Shown here: positions 28,831 through 37,433 of the stretch, piece after piece
Position numbering within the stretch: the stretch's first letter is position 1
Layout: each line of letters begins with the position of its first letter
Assembly: GCA_900542005.1 (NCBI GenBank)
Contig: UQLW01000008.1
Span: forward strand, 12,587-76,586
Direction: 5' to 3'
Source: an uncultured Eubacteriales bacterium
GTDB lineage: Bacteria > Bacillota > Clostridia > Christensenellales > UMGS416
DNA: 64,000 nucleotides
The notes under the pieces: generated by a model
Seen by the model: the letters and a program-made list of their open reading frames with translations, nothing else
Told to the model about the DNA's origin: nothing
Database searches by the model: none
Program-made: the position numbers and the translations under genes

Positions 28831-30816
28831 ATGGCACAAGAAGTTGGACAGATGTCCATCCATTCCGAAAACATTTTTCCCATCTTAAAGCGCTGGCTCT
28901 ATACGGATCGGGAGATCTTCATCCGCGAGCTGGTTTCCAACGGCGTGGACGCCATCACCAAGCATAAGCGGCTGGTCAGCCTGGGCGAGGCACAGGACGA
29001 CGGCGAGGATTATGAGGTCGTCGTGACCGTGGACGCGCAAAAGGGCGCCCTGTCCTTTACCGACAACGGCATCGGCATGACGGCCGACGAGGTGCGCCGC
29101 TATCTGAATACCGTAGCCTTCTCCTCGGCGGCGGATTTCCTGGAAAAGTACAAGAGCGACGAGCGCGGCCAGATCATCGGCCACTTCGGACTCGGCTTCT
29201 ATTCGGCCTTTATGGCGGCCAAGAAGGTGGAGGTGGAAACCCAGTCCTATCAGGATGCGCCGGCGGTACGCTGGCAGTGCGAGGGCGACACCCAATACAC
29301 GATGGAGGAGCTGCCCCAGCAGGCCCGGGGCACGACCGTAACCCTGTATCTGGACGAGGATTCCGAGGAATTCCTCAATGCCCCGCGGGTGAAGGAAACG
29401 CTGATTAAGTACTGCGGCTTCCTGCCCTATCCCATCTATGTCTATGAGATCGACGAGGACGGCAAGCTCAAGGGGCAGCAGGAGAGCTGCGAATGCGGCC
29501 ATGAGCATACAGAGGATGGGGAGCATACCTGCGAGTGCGGCCATGAGCATGCGGAAGGCGGGGAGCATACCTGCGAGTGCGGCCACGAGCATGCCCATTC
29601 CGGCCATGAGCTGAAGGTGCCGGAGCCGGTGAACGACACGCAGCCGCTGTGGACCCGACCGGCCTCGGAGATCACCGAGGAGGAATACAAGGCCTTCTAT
29701 CACAAGCTCTTTACCGATTTTGAAGAGCCGCTTTTCTGTGTGCATTTGAACGCCGATTTCCCCATCCGGATCCGCGGCGTGCTGTATTTTCCCAAGATCT
29801 CCCACCAGATGCAGACGCTGGAGGGCAAGATCAAGCTCTATAACAACCAGGTTTTCGTAGCCGACAACGTGCAGGAGGTCATCCCCGATTATCTGATGAT
29901 GCTGCGCGGGGCGGTAGACTGCCCCGACCTTCCGCTGAACGTTTCGCGCTCCGCCCTGCAGCAGGACCGCGAGGTGCAGAAGATTCCCGCCTATATCGCC
30001 CGCAAGGTGGCCGATAAGCTGGTGGGGATGTTCAACAGCCAGCGGGAAGAATATGAAAAGTACTGGAACGACATCCGCGTGTTCGTGGAGTACGCCTGCC
30101 TGAAGGACGAGAAGTTCTATGACCGGGTGAAGGATACCCTGCTGTATCCGCTGGCTGGCGGCGGCTTTACCACGCTGGAGGAATACCTGGAAAAGGGCAA
30201 GACGCTCTATGAGAACAAGGTCTATTATGCCAACCACGAGGAGGCGCAGGCTTCGGCGCTGACGCTGTTCAAGGATAAGGGGATCCAGGCGCTGGTGATG
30301 GATTCGCCGCTGGACGCTCCCTTTATCTCGATGATCGAGTCCAAGCACGAGGGCGTGCGCTTTGCCCGGGTGGATGCGGAGCTGCCCGATGTGCTCAAGG
30401 GCGAGGGCACGGTGGACCTCTCGGACCAGACGGCGCTGGAGGCCGGCCTGCGCCGGGCGGCAGGGCAGGATGAGCTGAAGGTGCGCCTGGAGTATCTGGC
30501 CGACGCCGATACCGCCGCGGTGATCCAGCTGAACGAGCAGTCCCGCCGCTGGCAGGAGATGATGCAGATGAACGCCATGGGCGACGCCGATATGTTCAAG
30601 GGCATGATGAAATCCCAGCAGGAGGTTGTGTTCAATGCGGCGAGCCCCGTGGTGCAGGCCTTGGCCAAGGCTGAACGCGACGGCAAGGGGAATGATGAGA
30701 TGCTGCTGCAGGTCTATGACCTGGCCCGGCTGGCCGGCGGGTTTATGGATCCGTCGGAGCTGGCCCAGTTCATCCGGCGCAGCCAGCGCCTGATGCAGGC
30801 CGGATTGGAGCAATAG
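28831..30816 (+). CDS. htpG: Molecular chaperone HtpG (Hsp90 family) with a Cys/His-rich linker insertion
   Basis: 661 aa with a GGAGGG RBS. It has the GHKL N-domain (ENIFPILKRWLYTDREIFIRELVSNGVDA, DNGIGMT, GHFGLGFYSAFM), the middle-domain entry QPLWTRPASEITEEEYKAFY and NVSRSALQQ. Confidence 0.93.
   Translation: MAQEVGQMSIHSENIFPILKRWLYTDREIFIRELVSNGVDAITKHKRLVSLGEAQDDGEDYEVVVTVDAQKGALSFTDNGIGMTADEVRRYLNTVAFSSAADFLEKYKSDERGQIIGHFGLGFYSAFMAAKKVEVETQSYQDAPAVRWQCEGDTQYTMEELPQQARGTTVTLYLDEDSEEFLNAPRVKETLIKYCGFLPYPIYVYEIDEDGKLKGQQESCECGHEHTEDGEHTCECGHEHAEGGEHTCECGHEHAHSGHELKVPEPVNDTQPLWTRPASEITEEEYKAFYHKLFTDFEEPLFCVHLNADFPIRIRGVLYFPKISHQMQTLEGKIKLYNNQVFVADNVQEVIPDYLMMLRGAVDCPDLPLNVSRSALQQDREVQKIPAYIARKVADKLVGMFNSQREEYEKYWNDIRVFVEYACLKDEKFYDRVKDTLLYPLAGGGFTTLEEYLEKGKTLYENKVYYANHEEAQASALTLFKDKGIQALVMDSPLDAPFISMIESKHEGVRFARVDAELPDVLKGEGTVDLSDQTALEAGLRRAAGQDELKVRLEYLADADTAAVIQLNEQSRRWQEMMQMNAMGDADMFKGMMKSQQEVVFNAASPVVQALAKAERDGKGNDEMLLQVYDLARLAGGFMDPSELAQFIRRSQRLMQAGLEQ
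29488..29610 (+). repeat. 42-bp in-frame tandem repeat (about 2.9 copies) inside htpG encoding CECGHEH(T/A)E(D/G)GEHT units
   Basis: Copies lie at 29488-29529, 29530-29571 and 29572-29610 (partial). Copies 1 and 2 differ at only a few positions. Translation: CECGHEHTEDGEHT CECGHEHAEGGEHT CECGHEHAHSGHE. Confidence 0.95.
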
Positions 30817-30817
30817 C

Positions 30818-31699
30818 ATGGAGCGGGACAGGATCCGTTTAAGCAGCGGCGCGCTGAGCGTATCGCTGTGCCGGCCGGGCGCGGTATATGGCGGCGCGCG
30901 CTTTGACCATGCGGGCGTGATGGATGAAATATGCTGGCGGGGCCACAGCTTTTGTTCGGTGGAGCTGCCGGCCGGGGTTGAGGGTGAGACCACCGACGGC
31001 GTAGGCATGATCAGCGAGATGCGCGGCAGCGAAGCGGAGACCTTCCATGAGGGCGAGCTGGGCTCGCGCTTTGCCAAGTTTGGCGTGGGCTCCCTGGTCA
31101 ATGACCGGCCGGGCGGCTATCACTTCATGCACCCCTATCCCATCGCGGAGCCCTGCTTCCATCGGGTGGAGGCGGCAGAGAGCCGGGCGGTGATCCTTAC
31201 CCAGCAGCCCCTTTGCCAGGGGTACGCCATGACCATGGTGAAGGATATCCGGCTTGAGGGCGATACCCTAAAGATGACGACAACCCTGATCAATACCGGT
31301 GAAAAGGATATCCTGACCTATGAGTATAATCATAACTTCATGCTGATCGACGGGCTTGAGCTGGGGGAGGGCGGCTATGAGCTGACGCTGCCGCCCATGC
31401 TCTCGCTGGATCAGGTGGAGGGCGATTACCTGACGGTGGAAGGCCGCACCCTGCGCTTCACCGCGTCCCCGGAGGTTTTCTTCTTCGGGCTGGGCGCGGC
31501 CGGCGCGCCGCAGGAGCGCTGGCGGCTGCTTTCGCGCCGGGCGGGCGTGGGCCTGCGGGAAACCGGAGGCGGCCCCATTGAGCGGATGTCCCTTTGGGGG
31601 AAGGCCCATGTGGTATCTGCGGAGGCCTTCCTGAAGATCCAGGCGCCGGTGGGCGGCTGCGTCCAATGGCAGCGTAACTGGGAATTTTTCGCCCTGTAG
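30818..31699 (+). CDS. Hypothetical protein (possibly mutarotase-like beta-sandwich; weak)
   Basis: 293 aa. The ATG lies 1 nt after the htpG stop (TAGCATG). Coding-type composition, no TM and no recognisable catalytic motif. Confidence 0.6.
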   Translation: MERDRIRLSSGALSVSLCRPGAVYGGARFDHAGVMDEICWRGHSFCSVELPAGVEGETTDGVGMISEMRGSEAETFHEGELGSRFAKFGVGSLVNDRPGGYHFMHPYPIAEPCFHRVEAAESRAVILTQQPLCQGYAMTMVKDIRLEGDTLKMTTTLINTGEKDILTYEYNHNFMLIDGLELGEGGYELTLPPMLSLDQVEGDYLTVEGRTLRFTASPEVFFFGLGAAGAPQERWRLLSRRAGVGLRETGGGPIERMSLWGKAHVVSAEAFLKIQAPVGGCVQWQRNWEFFAL

Positions 31700-31725
31700 C
31701 GCCGGCCGCGCGGCCTTGACAGCCG

Positions 31726-31753
31726 GAGATGATCGTGTATCATAGACATAAAG
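31726..31753 (+). promoter_or_regulatory. Candidate promoter for the 31794 gene
   Basis: TTGACA (31726-31731), a 16-nt spacer, then TATCAT (31748-31753). Confidence 0.4.
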
Positions 31754-31793
31754 TGACAAGCGCCGCGGCGCAAGCAGAAATGGAGGAAAGCCC

Positions 31794-32411
31794 ATGGCAA
31801 CACGATGCGATTACCGCATCTCTACCCAGGAGCGTATCCTGGAGATCGAAGCGCCCCAGGAGCGTATCCTGCCGGGCCGGATGATCCGCGAGATGGTCCG
31901 CAACCTGGAAACCCGGTATGAGCTGTATGAATATTCCCTGATTAAGTCTGAGCGCCAGCTGGAGGAGATGGACGATGTGGTGGCCACCGTGCCGCTGGCC
32001 GGGGGCGGGCTGCAGAAGGGCAAGCTGGTGGTCATCCAGCGCCTGCATACCTCGCTCTACGATCCGGCCTTTGTAAAGCTTGAGCCGGAGCAGATGGACG
32101 AATTTGCCCAGACGCTGGAGCCGGGCGAGGAGCTCAATCCCGACGATTATACGGTGGCGCTGCCGGCGGATTACTATGTGATGGTGACCGACGACCTCAA
32201 GAAGTTCGTCATGGTCGCCACCCACCTGAAGCTCACCGGTATGGACAAGATGGTGGAGTGCGTATCGCGGCTATGCTGCGCGGGGATCAGCATCCAGGAC
32301 GAGGCGCTGATGACGGTGGAATATGAAAACGAGGATTTCCCGGAGCTTTTGTCCAGAGGCTGCGATGAATTCCTGCGGGCCCCGGTCTATCAGATGATGC
32401 ACAGGCAATAA
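31794..32411 (+). CDS. Hypothetical acidic protein
   Basis: 205 aa with a GGAGGA RBS and a candidate promoter at 31726-31753. There is an internal 30-nt periodic repeat (QERILEIEAP/QERILPGRMI). I recognise no family. Confidence 0.6.
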   Translation: MATRCDYRISTQERILEIEAPQERILPGRMIREMVRNLETRYELYEYSLIKSERQLEEMDDVVATVPLAGGGLQKGKLVVIQRLHTSLYDPAFVKLEPEQMDEFAQTLEPGEELNPDDYTVALPADYYVMVTDDLKKFVMVATHLKLTGMDKMVECVSRLCCAGISIQDEALMTVEYENEDFPELLSRGCDEFLRAPVYQMMHRQ

Positions 32412-32418
32412 AAATCCA

Positions 32419-32458
32419 AAAAGGGCGTAAAGCGGCAGAGGCCGCAGCGCCCTTTTTG
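32419..32458 (+). terminator. Rho-independent terminator after the 31794 gene
   Basis: AAGGGCG...CGCCCTT outer stem with an inner GCGGC/GCCGC stem, followed by TTTTT. Confidence 0.7.
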
Positions 32459-32474
32459 CAGGAGGAGGTATATC

Positions 32475-34115
32475 GTGGCAAATACCGATATTGATATCGC
32501 CCGCCAGGCGAAGATGGATCCCATCGAGGCGGTGGCCGGGCGGCTGGGGCTTGAGCCCCAGGAGGTGGAAAGCTACGGACGCTACAAGGCGAAGCTTTCC
32601 CTGAAGGTGATGGACCGGCTGAAGGACAGGCCAGACGCCAAGCTGGTGCTGGTCACGGCCATTAACCCCACGCCCGCGGGCGAAGGGAAAACGACCATGA
32701 CCGTCGGCCTGGGCGACGCGCTGCACCGGCTGGGGAAAAAGACGGTGCTGGCGCTGCGGGAGCCGTCGCTGGGCCCGGTCTTCGGCGTAAAGGGCGGGGC
32801 CGCCGGCGGCGGCTATGCCCAGGTGGTGCCGATGGAGGATCTGAACCTGCACTTTACCGGCGACCTGCACGCCATTACGGCCGCCAATAACCTGCTGGCC
32901 GCCATGCTGGACAATCACATGTTCCAGGGCAATGAGCTGAAGATCGACCCGGAGCGCGTGCTGTTCAAGCGCTGTATGGACATGAACGACCGCCAGCTGC
33001 GGGCCATCGAGGATGGCCTGGGCGGCAAAAAAGGCGGGGTGCCCCGCAAGGACGGCTTCCAGATTACGGCGGCCAGCGAGGTGATGGCCACCTTCTGCCT
33101 CTCCCGCGACCTGATGGACCTTAAGGCGCGCTGCGCCCGGATCCTGGTGGCCTATACGGAGGATGGCCAACCGGTTACCGCAGGCGACCTGCATGCTGAA
33201 GGCGCCATGGCCGCGCTGCTGCGGGATGCCCTGGCGCCGAACCTGGTGCAGACGCTGGAAAACACGCCGGTGCTGATCCATGGCGGGCCCTTCGCCAACA
33301 TTGCCCATGGATGCAATTCGGTAATCGCTACCCGCATGGCCCTGAAGCTGGGCGATTATGTGATTACCGAGGCCGGCTTCGGCGCGGATCTTGGCGCGGA
33401 GAAGTTCATCGATATTAAGTGCCGGATGGCGGGATTGAAGCCTTCGGCTGCGGTGGTGGTCGCCACCGTGCGCGCCCTGATGCAGCACGGCGGCGGCGAC
33501 CTGGCCGCCGGCCTGCCGAACCTGGAAAAGCATATTGAGAATATGCAGGCGGCCGGCCTGCCGGTGGTGGTGGCCATCAACGGCTTTGTGACCGACACCC
33601 CCGAGGACTGGAAGCTGATTGCTGATGCCTGCGCGGCCAAGGGCGTGAAGGCCTGCATCTCGACGGCCTGGGCCGACGGGGGCGCCGGCTCGGTGGAGCT
33701 GGCTGAGGCGGTGCTGGAGGCCGTCGAGGGCCCTGCTCCCGAGCTTAGCTTCTTCTATGACCTGGAGGAGCCGGTTTGCCAGAAGATCACCCACCTGGCA
33801 CAGCGGGTCTATGGCGCCAAGGACGTATCCTTCTCGGAGAAGGCGCTGGCTTCCATTGAGAAGCTTTCAGCCCTGGGCATGGATAAATGGCCCATCTGCG
33901 TGGCCAAAACCCAATATTCCCTTTCGGATAACCCGAAGCTGCTGGCCCGGCCTGAAGGCTTCACCCTTTCCGTACGGGATGTGGTTCCCTCGACCGGCGC
34001 GGGCTTCCTGGTGGCGCTGACGGGGTCCATCCTGACCATGCCCGGCCTGCCGAGGATCCCGGCGGCCAACAGCATCGATGTGGATGCGGACGGCGTGATC
34101 ACCGGCTTGTTCTAA
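32475..34115 (+). CDS. fhs: Formate--tetrahydrofolate ligase
   Basis: 546 aa with a GTG start after GGAGGAGG. Motifs: [10 protein letters not shown]..., [42 protein letters not shown]. Confidence 0.95.
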   Translation: MANTDIDIARQAKMDPIEAVAGRLGLEPQEVESYGRYKAKLSLKVMDRLKDRPDAKLVLVTAINPTPAGEGKTTMTVGLGDALHRLGKKTVLALREPSLGPVFGVKGGAAGGGYAQVVPMEDLNLHFTGDLHAITAANNLLAAMLDNHMFQGNELKIDPERVLFKRCMDMNDRQLRAIEDGLGGKKGGVPRKDGFQITAASEVMATFCLSRDLMDLKARCARILVAYTEDGQPVTAGDLHAEGAMAALLRDALAPNLVQTLENTPVLIHGGPFANIAHGCNSVIATRMALKLGDYVITEAGFGADLGAEKFIDIKCRMAGLKPSAAVVVATVRALMQHGGGDLAAGLPNLEKHIENMQAAGLPVVVAINGFVTDTPEDWKLIADACAAKGVKACISTAWADGGAGSVELAEAVLEAVEGPAPELSFFYDLEEPVCQKITHLAQRVYGAKDVSFSEKALASIEKLSALGMDKWPICVAKTQYSLSDNPKLLARPEGFTLSVRDVVPSTGAGFLVALTGSILTMPGLPRIPAANSIDVDADGVITGLF

Positions 34116-34210
34116 CCGGCTGCCCGTGGAGGGAGGGGTGGTCCGCGGCTGAAGCGGCGCCCCCCAATCACCGGTTGGGGTCCCGGCCGGCGGGCGAGCG
34201 AAAAGAATAG

Positions 34211-34249
34211 GCGGCCATGGGCGTTTTTCGTCCATGGCCGCTTGTTTTT
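34211..34249 (+). terminator. Rho-independent terminator after fhs
   Basis: GCGGCCATGG / CCATGGCCGC stem followed by TTGTTTTT. Confidence 0.75.
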
Positions 34250-34317
34250 GTGGCGGGATATATTCGCTGGGGGAGCATACTTGAAGATCTGACATTTGAA
34301 GGGAGGGGCCAGCGGAG

Positions 34318-34860
34318 ATGGCAAGGTATATCGCGCTTCTGCGGGGGATCAATATCAGCGGCAAAAATAAGATCCCAATGGCGGCGCTCAGGAAAGAATT
34401 CGAGGGACTTGGATTTGAAAGAGTCAGGACCTGCCTCAACAGCGGGAACGTGCTTTTTTCCAGCGACGAAGAGGACGTCCGGCTCCTGGCAAACCTGATC
34501 GAGGCCAGGATTAAGCATCAATTCGGCCTGGGTATTCCCGTGCTTGTCCTATCCAAGGAGAATCTGGAGGATATTTTGCATCATGCGCCAAAGTGGTGGG
34601 GGACTGATACGGAACAAATCTATGATCAAATCATATTTATTTTGCCCCCCGCTACCGTTGAGGATGTTTTCAGGGAGCTGGGCGAACCCAAGGAGGCATT
34701 AGAAAAAGCTATGGCTTACAACAACGCGATATTCTGGTCCTTCAGCCGGAAGGACTACCAGAAAACCAACTGGTGGCCCAGGACGGCCAGCGTGGCGGCC
34801 GCCCCAAAACTGACGATCCGGACCGCCAATACCGTGAGAAAGATTGCCGGGATGGATTAG
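34318..34860 (+). CDS. DUF1697 domain protein
   Basis: 180 aa. The N-terminus MARYIALLRGINISGKNKIPMAALRKEFEGLGFERVRTCLNSGNVLF is the DUF1697 signature. The gene looks lower in GC than its neighbours. Confidence 0.8.
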   Translation: MARYIALLRGINISGKNKIPMAALRKEFEGLGFERVRTCLNSGNVLFSSDEEDVRLLANLIEARIKHQFGLGIPVLVLSKENLEDILHHAPKWWGTDTEQIYDQIIFILPPATVEDVFRELGEPKEALEKAMAYNNAIFWSFSRKDYQKTNWWPRTASVAAAPKLTIRTANTVRKIAGMD

Positions 34861-34868
34861 CGCCTGGC

Positions 34869-35963
34869 TCATTTGGAGCCTATACGCTGCTGGCGCCGCC
34901 GGGCCCGGCGCACGCGGTTGATGTGCCGCTCGAAATCGCCGCTGTCGATGAGCTCGGACAGCACATATTGCTCGAATACCGGCACCGTGCAGGAATAAAA
35001 GCCCAGCGCCCGCCCGAAGGGCTCCACCCACTGGGCAGGCAGCACCATATATCCCACCCGCATGGAGGGAGCGATGGTCTGGGAAAAGGTGTTCAGGTAG
35101 ATGACGGTACGCTCCGGCTCAAGGGAGAAGAGCGTATCGGCGGCTTTGGTGGATACGGTGAATTCAGAATCAAAGTCATCCTCCACAATCATGGCATCCC
35201 GCCGCCGGGCCCATCGGATGTACTCCATCCGCTTGGAGGCGCTGGCAGTAATCCGGCTGGGATAGCTGTTGAAGGGGGTCACATGGAGCACGGTGGCCTG
35301 TGTGCGCTCCAGCTCCTCGCTGAGGATGCCGTCCGCGCCCAGGCGGAGCAGGTCGCATGTCACGCCGTTGGCCAGGTAGACGCGGCGGATCTTGTCATAG
35401 CAGGGATGCTCCACTGCATAGACCCGCCTTTCGCCCAGCAGCTGCACGATGAGGCTATAGAGATATTCGGCCCCCGAGCCAATAACCACCTGCTCCGGAC
35501 GCACGGCGATACCCCGGCTGCGGGCTAAATAGCGGCAGATGGCTTCGCGGAGCTGCAGGCAGCCGCTATTGGGCGGCTTCACCAGGATGCGCTGGCCATA
35601 ATCGGTCAAAACGCGCCGCATTGTCCGGGCTAACACGCCAAAAGGGAAGGCATTGGCATCGTTCGGGGGCGGGGCTGCGGGCGGAGGCGATATCTGGGGC
35701 AGGGCGACAGGAACGCAGTCCGACTGCCGGTAGATCACAAAATATCCGCTGCGCTCCCTGGACTGTATATAGCCTTCGTCACAGAGGATCCCGTAGGCAT
35801 GCTCGACGGTGATGACGCTGACGCCGGCCTCGGCCGCCAGCAGCCGCTTGGAGGGCAGCTTACCGCCCCAGGGATAGACGCCCCGGGTGATGTCTTCGCG
35901 CAGCTTAAGATACAGCTGCATATAGGCGGGCCCGGTGGATCCCGCATGCACATGGTAAATCAT
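34869..35963 (-). CDS. MocR/PdxR-like GntR-family regulator (wHTH + shortened fold-type I aminotransferase-like domain)
   Basis: 364 aa. The wHTH is KLPSKRLLAAEAGVSVITVEHAYGILCDEGYI. The AAT-like part has EDDFDSEF and YLNTFSQTIAPSMRVGYMV, with Gln where the PLP lysine is expected. Confidence 0.8.
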   Translation of the reverse strand: MIYHVHAGSTGPAYMQLYLKLREDITRGVYPWGGKLPSKRLLAAEAGVSVITVEHAYGILCDEGYIQSRERSGYFVIYRQSDCVPVALPQISPPPAAPPPNDANAFPFGVLARTMRRVLTDYGQRILVKPPNSGCLQLREAICRYLARSRGIAVRPEQVVIGSGAEYLYSLIVQLLGERRVYAVEHPCYDKIRRVYLANGVTCDLLRLGADGILSEELERTQATVLHVTPFNSYPSRITASASKRMEYIRWARRRDAMIVEDDFDSEFTVSTKAADTLFSLEPERTVIYLNTFSQTIAPSMRVGYMVLPAQWVEPFGRALGFYSCTVPVFEQYVLSELIDSGDFERHINRVRRARRRQQRIGSK

Positions 35964-35985
35964 CTGATCTTATAATATTTCTCCT

Positions 35986-36019
35986 AATTGATTATTTGCA
36001 TCATACCAAAATTGATTAT
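35986..36019. promoter_or_regulatory. Direct repeat AATTGATTAT x2 in the divergent MocR-like/ECF-S intergenic region (candidate operator)
   Basis: Identical 10-mers lie at 35986-35995 and 36010-36019, with starts 24 bp apart, in a 98-bp AT-rich divergent promoter region. Confidence 0.45.
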
Positions 36020-36061
36020 ACTAAAATCATCGGTTTTGTAAAGAAAGGGAGGAAGATTATA

Positions 36062-36595
36062 ATGTCTCAGAGCGCAAAATTCCGGCATACCACGCTGTGG
36101 ATCTGCGTGACGGCGCTGTTTATGGCACTGAACGTGGTGATGAGCTCCTTTGGCATTCCGGTGCCGGGCGGGCATCTGTATCTTAACGACGTAGTCATTT
36201 GTACGGCGGCGATCCTGCTGGATCCGCTGGCGGCCTTTATGGTGGGCGGCGTGGGCGCCTTTCTGGGTGACTTGTTTTTTTACCCCACGCCCATGTTCGT
36301 ATCGCTGGTAACCCACGGCCTGCAGGCTGTCGTCATTTCACTCTTTGCCCACTACACGCTGAAAAAGCGTCCGGTCCTGGCCTCCGGGATAGGGGTGGCC
36401 CTGGGCGCTGTCATCATGGTGGTGGGATATTCGCTGGGGCGCGCCTTTATTTACAGCACGCCGGAATATGCAGTGCTCAAGCTGCCCTATCAGATTCTGC
36501 AGGCCGTGGTGGGCGCGGTGGCGGGTATGCTGCTGTGCTGGAAGCTGAAGCTCGTGCAGCATATGGACCGGATGCTGGAGCGCCGCCAGCGATAG
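36062..36595 (+). CDS. ECF transporter S component (candidate vitamin B6-related substrate, inferred from the divergent MocR-like regulator)
   Basis: Track ORF trimmed to ATG 36062 behind GGGAGGAAG. About 177 aa with 5-6 TMs and small ECF-S-like composition (MALNVVMSSFGIPVPGGHLYLNDVVI...). The substrate is an inference. Confidence 0.6.
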   Translation: MSQSAKFRHTTLWICVTALFMALNVVMSSFGIPVPGGHLYLNDVVICTAAILLDPLAAFMVGGVGAFLGDLFFYPTPMFVSLVTHGLQAVVISLFAHYTLKKRPVLASGIGVALGAVIMVVGYSLGRAFIYSTPEYAVLKLPYQILQAVVGAVAGMLLCWKLKLVQHMDRMLERRQR

Positions 36596-36619
36596 GCAGG
36601 AAAAAGCGGACAGGAAAGG

Positions 36620-36660
36620 AAAAGCGCCATGGGGCTGTTCAGGATACCCCTGGCGCTTTT
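36620..36660 (+). terminator. Rho-independent terminator after the ECF-S gene
   Basis: AAAAGCGCCA(T)GGGG / CCCCTGGCGCTTTT stem with one bulge. Confidence 0.65.
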
Positions 36661-36726
36661 GTGTGCCGGGGCAGTGCGCTGCCGCATGCTTGACAGGAAG
36701 TTTTTCCCGCGGACATCCTTCCACCC

Positions 36727-36755
36727 TTGACAAGGGGGCCGGGGCTGGCTATAAT
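36727..36755 (+). promoter_or_regulatory. Consensus SigA promoter upstream of the TetR gene
   Basis: TTGACA (36727-36732), a 17-nt spacer, then TATAAT (36750-36755). The repeated ATATAAC motifs and the TATAAC...GTTATA inverted repeat follow immediately. Confidence 0.65.
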
Positions 36756-36794
36756 ATAACAGTGATATATAACGGCGTTATAAAGGAGCGGCAA

Positions 36795-37412
36795 ATGGCG
36801 GCGGACAACTGCACCACCCTGGAGCGTATTCACCAGGCGGCCCGGGCGGAATTCCTGGCGAAGGGTTTTCAGCGGGCCTCCCTGCGGAACATTGTAAAAT
36901 CTGTCGGCATGACCACCGGCGCCTTCTATGGCTATTACAAGAGCAAGGAAGCGCTCTTTGAGGCCCTGGTAGGGCCGCAATACGCCTATTTTCTCGATCG
37001 CTTTAAGGCAGCCCAACGAGAATTTGCCCAGCTTCCCCCTCAGATGCAGCCTGAGGCCATGGGGGAGGTGTCCGGGCTCTGTATGTTCGATATGCTGCAT
37101 TATGCCTACCGCAATCTGGAGGCCTTTAAGCTAATCCTATGCTGCTCTGAGGGGACGGCGTTTGCGGGGCTGGTTGACGAGATGGTGCAAATTGAGCTGG
37201 AAGCGACCCACGCCTACCAAAAAGTTTTAGCGGAATTGGGCCGCCCTTCCCCGCAGATCGATCCCCGGCTGGAGCATATCCTTGTCACCGGTATGTTTCA
37301 TACCTTTTTCGAGCTTGTGATCCATGAGATGCCGCTGCCGGATGCGGAGAACTATCTGCATGAGATGCGGGCTTTTTATACGGCGGGATGGATGAAAATT
37401 ATGGGGCAGTAA
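36795..37412 (+). CDS. TetR/AcrR family transcriptional regulator
   Basis: Track ORF trimmed to ATG 36795 (AAAGGAG RBS). The HTH is RIHQAARAEFLAKGFQRASLRNIVKSVGMTTGAFYGYYKSKEALF. Confidence 0.88.
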   Translation: MAADNCTTLERIHQAARAEFLAKGFQRASLRNIVKSVGMTTGAFYGYYKSKEALFEALVGPQYAYFLDRFKAAQREFAQLPPQMQPEAMGEVSGLCMFDMLHYAYRNLEAFKLILCCSEGTAFAGLVDEMVQIELEATHAYQKVLAELGRPSPQIDPRLEHILVTGMFHTFFELVIHEMPLPDAENYLHEMRAFYTAGWMKIMGQ

Positions 37413-37433
37413 TGCCTTTTTCTTTTCCAATAA

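Noticed and set aside
28885-31101. A 738-aa ORF antisense to htpG, and further long shadows at 16864..17532, 17571..18551, 18742..19716, 21521..22312, 21570..22352, 23638..24399, 24436..25737, 32271..33794, 33867..34439 and 34773..35528.
   Set aside because: Same reasoning as above. Each is fully covered by a confidently identified gene (htpG, ABC NBDs, tcdA, ilvB, lepB, fhs, the MocR-like gene) and has the composition of antisense GC-rich sequence.
34130-34160. A G-rich stretch GGAGGGAGGGGTGG after fhs, considered as a possible G-quadruplex.
   Set aside because: The tracts are short and irregular (GG/GGG/GGGG/GG), as expected in a 60+% GC genome. A normal terminator follows at 34211-34249.
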